Source: Macrostomum lignano
Lineage: Eukaryota
Assembly (NCBI GenBank): GCA_002269645.1
Contig: NIVC01000421.1
Coordinates: forward strand, 372,001 to 436,000
DNA: 64,000 bases
Direction of reading: 5' to 3'
In this document: piece by piece, positions 24,516-37,000 of the stretch
Numbering within the stretch: position 1 is the first letter of the stretch
Layout: each line of letters opens with the position of its first letter
Translations under genes and position numbers: made by a program
The notes under the pieces: model-generated
Told to the model about the DNA's origin: nothing
Seen by the model: only the letters and a program-made list of their open reading frames with translations
Database searches by the model: none

Positions 24516-26199
24516 ATGGCTTCCTTTGCCACTATATTTGTTGTCGCTTTGAGCCTGACGGGCTGTGTTGTATTGACTTCTGCCTGTCCAGAAGCCCAAG
24601 GTTGGTATCGAGCGAGCACAACTCAGCTGTGCTACAAATGTCTCCGGGATGAAAAATTAACCTTTACTGCAGCCCAACGCAGGTGCAACAGTCTGCGCAG
24701 CAATCTGCTTCAATTTCAACCTGGCGACAGTAAAGCTATCTTCGACGATTTGAAGTTGGAATTTTATAGGACTAGAAATACGTCGGAGTTCAGAGAGATG
24801 GCTTGGGTCGGACTAACCGACATTACATCAGTTGGTCAGTACGTCTTTTTGAACGGTTTCCAACTGAATCAGATTGCGTAAGTTTGATATTATGGCACAA
24901 TAAAGTACATTGGGTTTGGCAAGGACTACTATGTAGGAGGGGAACCTATGTTTCTTGGAAAACTTTAAGAGGCAGGTTTTACTGAAAGAAATACATTACG
25001 GACATAGTAGGTATTTTCAGCAAAAAATTAGCTAAGAAAGATAAAATATGTTCATTAAGCCAATAAGTCGAGCTGTGCCTTTTTTACCTATTTTTATGAT
25101 TTTTAGACACTGAAAAATGAAGACCTTCCTTCGTAATGTATTTTTCGGTTAAACCTGCCTCATGAACCGTAGTTGTCCTTGGGGTTTGATTCGTACACGG
25201 ATATTGGTCTGAGGGTAATGAGGGTGAATCCCCAAAACAAAGAATGGGCTTATGCATCGAACGAAAAAATTGCCACGTTTAAGAATCACGAATAAAGAAA
25301 GCAGTTAGGAGTCGATCCAGCCACTTTATTTTTCCAATGGTGTTTTGGAAACGTTCAGCGAAACTATGGTTTGAGGAAGCTCCCTGATGAATGGATCCGA
25401 TGCAAGTTATTTAGAAAGTGACGTTTTGTCCTTTCTCTAAGGCTCTGCTCTTAGAAGTGACGTTTCGTCCGTTCTCTAAGACTGTTTTAGAAGTGACGTT
25501 TCGTCCGTTCTCTAAGACTGTTTTAGAAGTGACGTTTCGTCCGTTCTCTAAGAGTGACGTTTCGTCCGTTCTCTAAGAAGTGACGTTTCGTCCGTTCTCT
25601 AAGACTGTTTTAGAAGTGACGTTTCGTCCGTTCTCTAAGACTCTACTTTAGAAGTGTCCTTTCGTCCGTTCTCTAACACTGTTAGGACTTGTGGTTTAGA
25701 GTTCAACAAGTTTTAGATTTTCGCGACATCATATGTGTGCTTGTACTCTCTCTCGAGAGAGAGAGAGAGTCAATTTTACCTTTATGGTGTTGAAGTCGTT
25801 CGGTCGACTAATCGTATCTAGACCAAGAAATTTCACTATTAGCTGTCCTTACGTAACTTTTGTGGTTAGAAGCTAATTAAATACAAATGAAAACTAAGCG
25901 TATATTTAAACTACTGCCACAACTGCAGGCCAGACACGCTAATCTCGTGTCCAAGCTCAGTGCCGAATTGCAAACCAAGTTACCGTTGCGTCTATTTCAA
26001 TCTAGAAAATGTTGGCAGCAGCAATCGCCAGATATTCAACGGCCACTGCCAGAACACCCTGCTGCCGCCTATCTGTTACGCGCCGGAGGGTGGCACTGAT
26101 AAATTCGACCAGATCCCGATGGGCTCGGCAACTGTCAACGGATTAGTCAGTCTGACTGTTGCGGGCCTGGTCTCCAGTTTGATGGCTAAGCTGCCGTAA
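24516..26199 (+). CDS. Single-domain C-type lectin-like protein with signal peptide and probable GPI anchor, 210 aa
   Basis: Exons 24516-24877 and 25929-26199 join in phase. Motifs CPEAQGWY...LCYK, AQRRC, AWVGLTD, RCVY...GHC...ICY, and a hydrophobic C-terminal tail. Probable 5'UTR intron 24003-24424. Confidence 0.85.
25420..25680. repeat. 36-bp minisatellite AGAAGTGACGTTTCGTCCGTTCTCTAAGACTGTTTT
   Basis: In the lectin intron. Confidence 0.92.
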
Positions 26200-26994
26200 T
26201 AGCAAACGAACCTAACTTTTGACAAAACTGGTTCTGGGCTGTTTACTGTTTTAATACAGTACTTGCTTTGTAATTATAACAACAATTGTTAAAACGTTAC
26301 AGTCGTATTTATCCAGAACGATATAAGTTCAATATAAAATAGAACTGGAAAAGCTTAAGTGCCGCGTTTTTTTCTGATTGGACATCGAAACAATTTGCCT
26401 TTTTATTTATTTAGTCTTGTTCAAAATGCTCCAAGATATCGTGTTCTGTTGATGCATCGAATGGATTACGAAAAAATCAATAGTAGCTTAGTCCTAAATG
26501 TGTCAAATTACTATTTAAACGTGATATGAAAGCTGCTGTTTTATGCACCGGACGAACTATCGGACTTTTACGAGACGTCCTCTGGGATGCCAGCAAGAGA
26601 TGGGCTCGCGACTTTCCAGTTCGTTCTAGTGCTTGACTGAGCGCTGCGGATTGCTCCTCCCAACAACAACGACGGCTTTCTGCTGCGGCGACGCGTGGAT
26701 CTGCGTCCCGGACGACATCGAGGCTATGCTATGCTATTCTCCCTATGCTATTCTCTATATGCAAACCTTGGAAGGTTTTTCTATCTGGAAAGTACAGCAC
26801 ATGCTTGTGCGGCAGTAGAGATCCTTAATATTGCGTGAAGCGAACACCAATAAAATGAATTATAGAAATCATGTATATACTACTAGCGTTCAGGGAGAAT
26901 GAAGCTCCCATCCTTCCCCCATCCGAATTCCTAGTCCAGATTAATCAGCTCAGACTATATCCAGAGTTAACATCCAACACCGCCTAGGCAATTT

Positions 26995-27400
26995 TGGATT
27001 GATTATCGGGACAAATATGGATTGATTATCGGGGCAATTATGGATTGATTATCGGGGCAATTATGGATTGAATATCGGGGCAATTATGGATTGATTATCG
27101 GGGCAATTATGGATTGAATATCGGGGCAATTATGGATTAATTATCGGGGCAATTATGGATTGAATATCGGGGCAATTATGGATTGATTATCGGGGCAATT
27201 ATGGATTGAATATCGGGGCAATTATGGATTGAATATCGGGGCAATTATGGATTGAATATCGGGGCAATTATGGATTGATTATCGGGGCAATTATGGATTG
27301 AATATCGGGGCAATTATGGATTGAATATCGGGGCAATTATGGATTGAATATAATTATGGATTGAATATCGCAATTATGGATTGAATATTATGGATTGCAT
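26995..27400. repeat. 23-bp minisatellite GGATTGAATATCGGGGCAATTAT
   Basis: Just upstream of LIPT1. Confidence 0.95.
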
Positions 27401-27530
27401 TAATGGAATTATGGATTGATTGGAGGATTGATTATCAATTATGTATTAAATTGTTTATGATTTGATTTATTTTTATTTATTAGTATTTTATTCCAATCCT
27501 TTCTGCTTCGATTTGAATCAATAATAATAA

Positions 27531-29386
27531 ATGCCTACTTTGGCAGCCGCCACTCGCACCAGCCCCAAATTGTTGGGCGAACTAAAAATTATTCAATCAG
27601 CCAGTCGGGATATATTCTGGAATCTCGCACTAGAAGACGCTCTATTTCGTCGTCAAAAAGAACAATCGAAACTATCTAAGCCGGACTGTTGTTTGCTAAT
27701 CTATCGCAATAAGCCCTGTGTTGTTATTGGATCATTTCAAAATCCTTGGTTAGAGTGCGGAGTTCGCGACGCCGAACAGCAGGCCGTGTCGGTTGCTCGC
27801 CGATTCTCAGGCGGCGGCACCGTGTATCACGATTTGGGCAATTGGAATCTGTCGTTAATAACGCCTTCGGCTTGGTATAAACGAGAGGCTAATGCTGAAT
27901 TTATGAGGCGGCTGTGTGAGAGACTGGCTGGGCCCGGTAATCAGGTGCGGTAGCTATGCGGATGACTTGAAAAGGCTAACTCTATCCAAAAACTTAGCAC
28001 CTAGATCGGCTGTAACTTCTCTCTTGACCCACAGATTGGCTGTCAATCAATCTTCTTGACCCACAGATTGGCTGTCAATCAATCTTCTTGACCCACAGAT
28101 TGGCTGTCAATCAATCTTCTTGACCCACAGATTGGCTGTCAATCAATCTTCTTGACCCACAGATTGGCTGTCAATCAATCTTCTTGACCCACAGATTGGC
28201 TGTCAATCAATCTTCTTGACCCACAGATTGGCTGTCAATCAATCTTCTTGACCCACAGATTGGCTGTCAATCAATCTTCTTGACCCACAGATTGGCTGTC
28301 AATCAATCTTCTTGACCCACAGATTGGCTGTCAATCAATCTTCTTGACCCAGAGATTGGCTGTCACCTCTCTCTTAACCCACAGATTGGCTGTCAATCAA
28401 TCTCCTTGACCCACAGATTGGCTGTCACCTCTCTCTTGACCCACAGATTGGCTGTCAATCAATCTTCTTGACCCACAGATTGGCTGTCACCTCTCTCTTG
28501 ACCCTCAGATTGGTTGTCCTCTCCAATCCTCAGATTAGTTGGCTCTTTCACCCTCTTCTTTAAACGCGCAGATTATCTGTACCCCTCTCCTATCATCGGG
28601 TTGCGTTTCCTAAAATTTATCTACTCTAAACACTGCAGGTGACAGTGGGCCAGCGCTTCGACATATTCAACAACAGCTACAAAGTCGCTGGTTCGGCAGC
28701 CAAATTGGCACAGGGCGCCGCTTATCATCATTTCTGCTTGCTGATGTCGACCGATCTGACCAGACTGTCGGCTTGCCTGCGTCCGTCTATCCGGGAACAG
28801 GTTGTCACCAATGCCACCTCCAGTATACGCAGTCCAGTTGCTAATATTGTTAATCCGTCCGTGTCCTCAAAACTTCTGCTTGCCGCTGTCACGGACGAAC
28901 TAGCGCACGCGTCTGATTTCGGACATCCGGCCGGAGCGGCCGCTACTATCAGCGTTGGCGCTCTGGACGTGTGTCCGGAAAATGTGGCTTCCAGTGTGCC
29001 GGGAGTGTCTGCGCTGTCTGTTCAGGAGAGTGCAGACCGGCTGCGCTCGTGGGACTGGGTGTTTGGCAGGACGCCAAAGTTTCAATGCCAGCTGCCGTCG
29101 CCCTGTTCCATGACTTTGACGGTAAATAGTTTGGAGAAATGCGTGTGGTAATCAAGCTAGTGCTATCTAATTTTTACCTCCACTTTATCTGATCTTCATC
29201 CCGCGACAGATTGACAAGGGTCACATCGCAGATCTGTCTGACTGTCGACTTCGCTCTTTTTTAGTCGGCCAGCCGTTCCGTGCCTCCGTCCTGCTGCCCT
29301 ATGTGGATTGCTTTCGCCAAACTGGCCTGCTGGATGGCGCCGTGCTGGACCAGCTTGAACGATTCTTTGCTAGGCTGGGTCACTGA
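27531..29386 (+). CDS. LIPT1: Lipoyltransferase 1
   Basis: Exons 27531-27944, 28639-29121, 29210-29386. Motifs NLALED, RNKPCVVIG...QNPWLE, ARRFSGGGTVYHDLGN, KVAGSA and YHHFCLL. Confidence 0.93.
28020..28510. repeat. 32-bp minisatellite CTTGACCCACAGATTGGCTGTCAATCAATCTT
   Basis: LIPT1 intron 1. Confidence 0.96.
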
Positions 29387-29479
29387 TTCTACTGGCTCTG
29401 GACGGACTATTAGCATAAGTTGCACGCCGTCATCTGTTTCTGGCCTTCGATTGCACTTGCTGGCTGTTTTAGTCAATTC

Positions 29480-30521
29480 ACTCTGTGTCTTAGTGTCTGT
29501 CTTAGTGTCTGTCTTAGTGTCTGTCTGTCTTAGTGTCTGTCTTAGTGTCTGTCTGTCTTAGTGTCTGTCTTAGTGTCTGTCTTAGTGTCTGTCTGTCTCA
29601 ATGTCTGTCTCAGTGTCTGTCTCAGTGTCTGTCTTAGTGTCTGTCTTAGTGTCTGTCTGTCTTAGTGTCTGTCTTAGTGTCTGTCTTAGTGTCTGTCTGT
29701 CTTAGTGTCTGTCTTAGTGTCTGTCTGTCTCAGTGTCTGTCTCAGTGTCTGTCTTAGTGTCTATCTCAGTGTCTGTCTTAGTGTCTGTCTGTCTTAGTGT
29801 CTGTCTTAGTGTCTATCTCAGTGTCTGTCTTAGTGTCTGTCTGTCTTAGTGTCTGTCTCAGTGTCTGTCTTAGTGTCTGTCTTAGTGTCTGTCTGTCTTA
29901 GTGTCTGTCTTAGTGTCTGTCTCAGTGTCTGTCTTAGTGTCTGTCTTAGTGTCTGTCTTAGTGTCTGTCTTAGTGTCTGTCTGTCTTAGTGTCTGTCTTA
30001 GTGTCTGTCTTATAGTGTCTGTCTTGTGTCTGTCTTAGTGTCTGTCTGTCTTAGTGTCTGTCTTAGTGTCTGTTTGTCTTAGTGTCTGTCTTAGTGTCTA
30101 TCTCAGTGTCTGTCTTATAGTGTCTGTCTTAGTGTCTGTCTTAGTGTCTGTCTTAGTGTCTGTCTGTCTTAGTGTCTGTCTTAGTGTCTGTCTTAGTGTC
30201 TATCTCAGTGTCTGTCTTAGTGTCTGTCTGTCTTAGTGTCTGTCTTAGTGTCTATCTCAGTGTCTGTCTTAGTGTCTGTCTGTCTTAGTGTCTGTCTTAG
30301 TGTCTGTCTTAGTGTCTGTCTTAGTGTCTGTTTGTCTTAGTGTCTGTCTTAGTGTCTATCTCAGTGTCTGTCTTAGTGTCTGTCTGTCTCAGTGTCTGTC
30401 TCAGTATCTGTCTCAGTGTCTGTCTTAGTGTTTGTCTCAGTGTCTGTCTCAGTGTCTGTCTTTGTTTCTGTCTGTCTGTCTGTTGTCTCAGTGTCTGTCT
30501 TTGTTTCTGTCTGTCTGTCTT

Positions 30522-30556
<35 letters not shown>

Positions 30557-30680
30557 GAGTGTCTGTCTGTCTGAGTGTCTGTCTGTCTGTCTGTCTATCT
30601 GTCTGTCTGTCTGTCTGTCTGTCTTTCTGTCTGTCTGAGTGTCTGTCTGTCTGCCTGTCTGTCTGTCTGTCTGTCTGTCT
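29480..30680. repeat. TAGTGTCTGTCT 12/16-bp array grading into (GTCT)n
   Basis: Between LIPT1 and REXO4. Confidence 0.96.
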
Positions 30681-31227
30681 TCAAGCGTTATTTCATTTTA
30701 TTCCGTATTGCGTTTTATCTACTATAGGTTATGTATAGTATGATTCTATAATATATTGTTATGCATTACTTAGTCGTCTTCCTTTTTAGAAAGAAAGCGA
30801 TGGTGTTAAAGTTAATCTGTAATTTTAATAATATTGTACGCTAATTTCAACTCTGCTTTCATGTTTCAATGACATGTGCAGCACATTCGTACTTTCACTT
30901 ACTAAGAAAGCGGCTATCATTAGTGGAAAATATATAAAAATCTTTTTATATATAATGTTCTTGCATTTCGATAACTGCGTTTATTTAATTAACATGCGGT
31001 CATATGACATCGTATTTTTTATCAATAGAAGACCATAACTTAATTTCATGAGTTGCGGAAGTTTATTGTACTGTTGTATTCTGAGCTCATTTTATTTTGG
31101 TTGTTTATTAATCGTATTTGAGTGGAAAAGGTTGAAAACAGAACAATTAGACTTTCCTAGCTTTTTTAGTCTAATTTCACAACAGCAACAGCCTAAATTT
31201 TCAATTTTAACGCTTTCAGAACTGCCA

Positions 31228-32585
31228 ATGGGTAAGCAGCGCAAACGACGCGACAACCAGACTGCTGACAGTCACGCAAAGGGTCGGAGATTTTTTCGTC
31301 ACCACAAGAAGCTTAGTCAGCAGAAGCAGCAACATCAGCAGCAGCGAACTTGTATCAGCTTTTTTGCCGATAGTCGGCCAAACATTCGTCGACAGAATGC
31401 CATCGGGGCCAAATCAGTGGACGACGCCATCAAGAAGGCGGCTATCGTTAATGAACTTCTTGGCGATAAGAGTGCCGGAGGCTCTGCCGGTGGCGCTGCT
31501 GTGGCGCTTTCGCTGGCTAAACCCGGCGCAACCGCTGAAGTGACTCGCCGATTGGCGCTGGACTGCGAGTTTGTTGGCTGCGGATATCAGGGCAAGGACA
31601 ACATGCTAGCCAGGTAGGTCGGTGCGCCTCCGGAGCTGACTTTTTATTTCAGATTTTTAACGTCCTTTAAAAACACGATCGTTAATCACGCAACTGATGC
31701 GTGCCTTTAAGGTCGTTTAGAAACACGATTATTAATCACGCAACCGATACGTGATTTCAATTTCGTTTTCGAAACACGATGATTAATCACTCAACCGATG
31801 CGTGTTTTTCAAGGTCATTTTGAAAAAACGACCGTTAATCACGCAACCGATGTGTGTTTTTCAAGGCCTTTTAGAAACATGATCGTTAATCACGCAACCG
31901 ATGCGTGTTTTTCAAGGTCGTTTAGAAACAAGATCATTAATCACACAAACGATGCGTGTTTTTAAAGGTCGTTTCAGTATCAGGCATTGATGCTCTGTAG
32001 CAGTGTCATTCTTATTATTCCTACAAATATAGCCTACATAAAATGACCTATTTTGTACCGTTCCGCAGAGTATCGATAGTGAACCAGTTTGGCACCGTAT
32101 TGCTAGACAAGTTCGTTCAGCCTACAGAGCCCGTGACCGACTATCGTACCCGAGTCAGCGGCATCACAGCCCGACTGTTGCAGTCCCGCGGCGAGCCATT
32201 CTCCGAGGTGCACGCCGCGGTTGCGCAACTATTGCGCAATCGAATTCTAATTGGTCACGCGGTGAAAAACGATTTGAAAGCTTTAAGATTGGATCATCCC
32301 AAGGCTGACACGCGCGACACGCAGACTTATCGACCGTTCCGGGCGTTGTTCAACGGCGGCCGGCCGGGACTGAAGGCGCTCACGGAGCGGCTGCTTGGAC
32401 GGCGCATCCAGACAGGTCGTCACGACTCGGTGACGGACGCTCAGGCCACCATGCGGCTGTACACGCTAGTGAAACGACGCTGGGAAGCCGAGTTGAAGGC
32501 TAATAAAGCCGGTAAAAAATTGGCAGCCACCTCGACTAGGGCTAAAAAGTCGCAAGATACTACTGACGATGATGACGATGAGTAG
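31228..32585 (+). CDS. REXO4: RNA exonuclease 4 (DEDDh family)
   Basis: Exons 31228-31613 and 32069-32585. Motifs LALDCEFVG, ARVSIVN, VTDYRTRVSGI, LIGHAVKNDL, HDSVTDAQATM. Acceptor TTTCAG at 31219, 8 nt before the ATG; AATAAA near 32708. Confidence 0.95.
31665..31975. repeat. ~51-bp minisatellite (AAACACGATCGTTAATCACGCAACCGATGCGTG...), about 6 copies
   Basis: REXO4 intron. Confidence 0.9.
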
Positions 32586-34069
32586 TGCGATTGGAAGATT
32601 TTTGTTTACTATGCAAATGAAGTGTAATTATCAACCATTTAAAAGTTGTATTTCTGATATTTGCTGTGCTAATAACATTTTGTATGTGTGTAAAATATAA
32701 TCAGTCAATAAATGCATGACTTCACGCATGGTTATTTCAACCGTCTGTGTGCATTTGAAGCTTGTCTGTCAAGTATCGCGTGTGGACCGTTTAACCTTGA
32801 AATTTGTAAAACTTTAATTTCATTTCGATTCTTTAAAGTACGAGAAGGTTCACTAAACCTTAATTATTAATTTTTATGTCAGAGTTATCAAATAGGGATT
32901 TTGTCCACTTGGCAATAAAAAGAGAATGTACTTACTGATCCAGATTGACATTTCGAATCTCAGTTTTGAACTGAGTCGTAGTGACTCAGTTCAGTTATTT
33001 AAACTTGGCAAAACAATTTTCTGATGTTTATTCCAAAAAAATGCGCATTTTGCTACTAAGAGTAGGCTTATAAGGATGTTAGTGTAGTAATTTAGAATCC
33101 GCTTCATGCGCAGCGAGTTAAAGCTGCTAATCCCGAAGTTTCACTCTTGTGAAGCGATCCCTTACAGAAGCTGCGAGATTGCGATTGTGACATCAATTGA
33201 AGAAGCGTAGCTGTGTATGATCCAGTGGCGTACGCGGGAATTTTATTTCGCGGAAAAAACTGGTTTCTTTGGTGGGCGCTTCTTTCTCTTGGTTGCCAAC
33301 CCTGACTGGTTGCTTGCTTTCGCAATCGCGAAACTTCACAACCGCTAAAACCGCTGAGCCTATATCGGGCTAAGAAGGACTTACTAGAGAAGCAGGACGC
33401 GAAACTCCCTGTTTAGAAGGCCGAATTTAAATTGGTACCAAACTCTGCAAAGTGATATGGGCGTCATTTTTAGCTATACTAGTAGAGTATCAAGTGATTA
33501 AAAACTGTAAGTATAATTAAATAATCGGCCTTCTAAACAGGAGTTTCAGTCCTCCTCCTCTAGTATTCCTTAGCCTGATACTGGCTCAGCGGTTCTTTGC
33601 TTGTTCTCCACTATCCCAAATCCAATTTTCGTCACAGGCACAGCGCCACCCACCCCAACGCCACACACCCACCCCCCCCAGGGGTGGAGCCAAGCCACCC
33701 CCTCTCAGCCAATCGCAAACGCCGGTTAGCCCACGCCGTGCAAAGCGGGTTAGGCAAACCGGTCATAATTTTTTATCTGATCATATAATGTTATCTTATC
33801 ATACCATTATCGAAAAGGAACATGCTACATGCAGTTTCGTCAATTTCAATAAATATAGGAACTAGAAAGAATAGGAAAACTTTAATTGTTAGGCCTCAAA
33901 ATACGCGTTTTTTTACATGTAAATTCTGCCTGCAGCTATCAAACGTATTGTATCGGTGAAACAGAGAATTTATTTATAAGTGATTTTTTATTACACTATG
34001 ATTTCTTATAAATGACAATTACAAGTGTATTAGCTTAAGTCAACCTGATGAAGCGCCGCGGTCCATAGA

Positions 34070-37000
34070 TCAGAGTAGCCCCATCAGATTGAGCAGCTCT
34101 TTGCCTCTGGCAGACAGCAGGGCGTTTCGAAACTCCTGATGGTTGAGCTTGTCTTTGCGACCCTGGAAATTTTGTGCACCGAGGTAGAAGCTCTGGGTAT
34201 GCTCTTGGATGAAGTTGATGAGGAGAAGGTTAAGGTGACTCAAGGTCGGGAAGACGGAGAGCAAGTGCGAAACCGACATTTTACCTCAGCCAGGTCGGCA
34301 AAGACGGTCTTCATGTTGGTTAAACTGGCCCGTTTAGCCAGTTTAATCCTGGCAGCAGCATCAACCGCTTTGTGCAGCTCTTCATAGCTGATCTTGTCGT
34401 CCTTGTCGAAGTCTACCATCCGGAAAATGTCTGTAAGGGTTTAGTATATGGATTGTGATATTTATATATCTGATAATTCGTATAATATATGGTAGAAATA
34501 CAGGATACAACAGGTCAACAGGATTAAACTGAGCTAACGGTTGGATTAGCTTAGCGAGCTAGAGAGAAAAGGGGTGGCGCTCCAGCCACCCCCAGTCAGG
34601 CCGATAAACAGTTGGCTTTCCTCTTGCCCCCTCGTCTGACTTTGCCCTCTCTCCTTACTGCTCTCTCATTGGTTGAGCTAGGTTGGGCCTGCCCTAGGCT
34701 GAGTTTCGATCGTCTGTCTAACTCTGACCTCTCTCCTTTACTGCTCTCTTATTGGTTGAGCTAGGTTGGGCCTGCCCTAGTGTAGAGATCTCCAAACACA
34801 GTAGCCTACTAAAAGTAGTAACATAAAATTATGAACACAAATTTAAAAATAGCTATGTGTCATACTCTATTTTTAGTAATACCAGTCATATCGCGCAAAC
34901 AGCGAGTGGCTATGCTATTCCCTTCGAAAAAACCGGTTCTCGACATCTATTTTTAGAACTTCCAAATATGGTAAATGTTAACCTGAATGTAACCCAAGTC
35001 TCACCCCTTTCTATTCAAAAACCCCACCTGTCAAATAATAAAATTCCTTTCGTGAACTCATAAAAAAAACCGGTTTTGTGCTCAAGGTCGACTCAAGGCC
35101 GAAAAATTGTGTATAAATACAAACGCAAAATCCGAGCTGAAATCTCAGACTCGGAGCAGCCTCTGAAGATCTTGAAGCTTGCTGGAGCAGCTAAGCGAGG
35201 CTATATCTCTGAGGAAATACCTACCGTTCGGTAAGCTCTGGTTAGAGCCTTTGTTATTGATTTTGAGAGCGATTTATTGCCGGCCGATACTGTCCAGTCG
35301 ATTTGACTGAGTTCATTGAATTTGAGGCCTCCCATTTTCCTAAGGGATTGGATAGGATCTGCGGACCGATTCCGATACCCTTAGAGGATTATCGATTGAT
35401 TGATTGATTTTGGTTATCCTAGATTAACCGATAGGAGCACACGACTCCGATTCCGCTAGATCTAGAAGAAGACGCCCTTCTTGGAGGTCCTCGTGATTAT
35501 TACAGAAATTTGATTTTATTACAAGGGCGCATCGTTGATATTGATTACTGAGCTTAAGGCCTATATTGATTCGCATTCGAGAAATACTGCGACGTCGCCT
35601 GATCGTGCGGTGGGTTAGTGCGGCCTGCAAGCCAACCGTGTTCTCCGAGGGGCTGCCGCAAGGGTCGGTCCTTGCCCCGATCCTGTGGGTGATCTACATG
35701 GACGACCTCCTGGACGGCGCCCCCAAGAACTGCCTCACGCTGGCGTACGCCGACGACAGCACCTTCGGCGCGCAAGGGACCACCCCTCGGGAGTGTGAGC
35801 GGGCCCTGCAACCGGCGGCCGACTGGCTCGTGCGCTGGTCCCAAACCTGGAAGGTGGACCTGAGCCGCACCAAGTCGGTCGTCGCTTTCTTCTCGCTCGA
35901 CCCCCGGGAGGTCAACGGAAAGGTTCAGCCGCGCATCCTCCTCGGCGACTCGCCAGCTCCGTTCGAGCTGCACCCGAGGCTCCTGGGAGTGCACCTCGAC
36001 TCCCAGCTGACCTTCCGCCACCACGCCAAGTTCCGGCGCCGCGCCCTCCAGCAGCGCACCGGCGTCCTACGCTGCCTCGCGGGCCGCGACTGGGGCCAGG
36101 ACGGCCAGCGCCTCGCCCAGCTCTACCGCACCTACGCGGAGGCGGCCGCGCTCCACGGCGCCTCCACGTGGCTCACCTTCGCGTCCGACTCCTGCCGGGA
36201 AGAAGTCGAGATTGCACATCGATCGGCCGCTCGCGTCATCACTGGCTGCTGCCGCTCGACCGCCATTGGCGCCCTCCTGGCTGAGGCCGACCTCGTGCCC
36301 CTGGCGACCAGAGCGGAGGCGGCAGGCGCAGCCCTGTTCGAGCGAGCCCTCCGTCACCGACAACCGACTCCGCTCCGCGCTGCAGCGGGCAAGACCTCTA
36401 CGCCCCGCTTGCGCGCTCACGGGGAGCCTGGGGCCTTCCGCAGGAACTGGCGCGACTCGGCGCAGCACCTGAGCGCCGCCGCCGGCCTGGCCCCCCTCCC
36501 CCGGGAGCAGGAGAACCTCCCTCCGCCGCCATGGTCCGACACCAGCCGGGTCATCATCCGCTGCGACCTCCTGACCGCGACCTCCCGAGAGGACGCGCCC
36601 CACGTCAGAAAGCTGGCCGCGCTGGAGACGCTGGCGAGCCTCCCGCCCGCCGACCTGGAGCTCTGGACAGACGGTTCAGCCTCCGGGGGCACCCTCAACG
36701 GCGGAGCGGGGGCGGTCATCTTCAGCAAGACCGCGCCGCCAGTCCACCTGTCGCAGGCTGCGGGCCGTTACTCTTCCTCCTTCCGTGCCGAGGAGTCGGC
36801 TCTCCGGCTGGGGCTTCAGCACGCCGCCTCCAGGCCGGACCTTGCCTCCCTGAGCGGCCTCCGCTGCCTGACGGACTCGCAGTCCCTGCTCCGAGCCCTC
36901 GAGAAGGGACCGTCCAAGTCCTCCTCGCCAGCGTGCCGGGAGATCTGGACGCTGCTGACCCACGTCGCCGCCCGCTTCCCCATCTGGCTGCAATGGGTCC

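Noticed and set aside
25100-25300. Possible internal lectin exon (...MGLCIE)
   Set aside because: It has in-frame stops, and the 25929 exon already completes the domain in the correct phase.
25340-25420. CTGATGA as a hammerhead ribozyme core (also at ~34046)
   Set aside because: No stem II followed by GAAA could be formed.
26580-26820. GC-rich patch with CAACAACAAC upstream of LIPT1
   Set aside because: It could be a UTR exon or a retroelement scrap, but no termini, TSD or homology could be established.
27000-28510. Regular 23-36 bp repeats as possible CRISPR arrays
   Set aside because: Units are head-to-tail with no unique spacers, the context is eukaryotic, and there are no cas genes.
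31048-31227. Upstream extension of the REXO4 ORF
   Set aside because: AT-rich, non-conserved-looking sequence upstream of a strong acceptor at 31219; ATG 31228 is more plausible.
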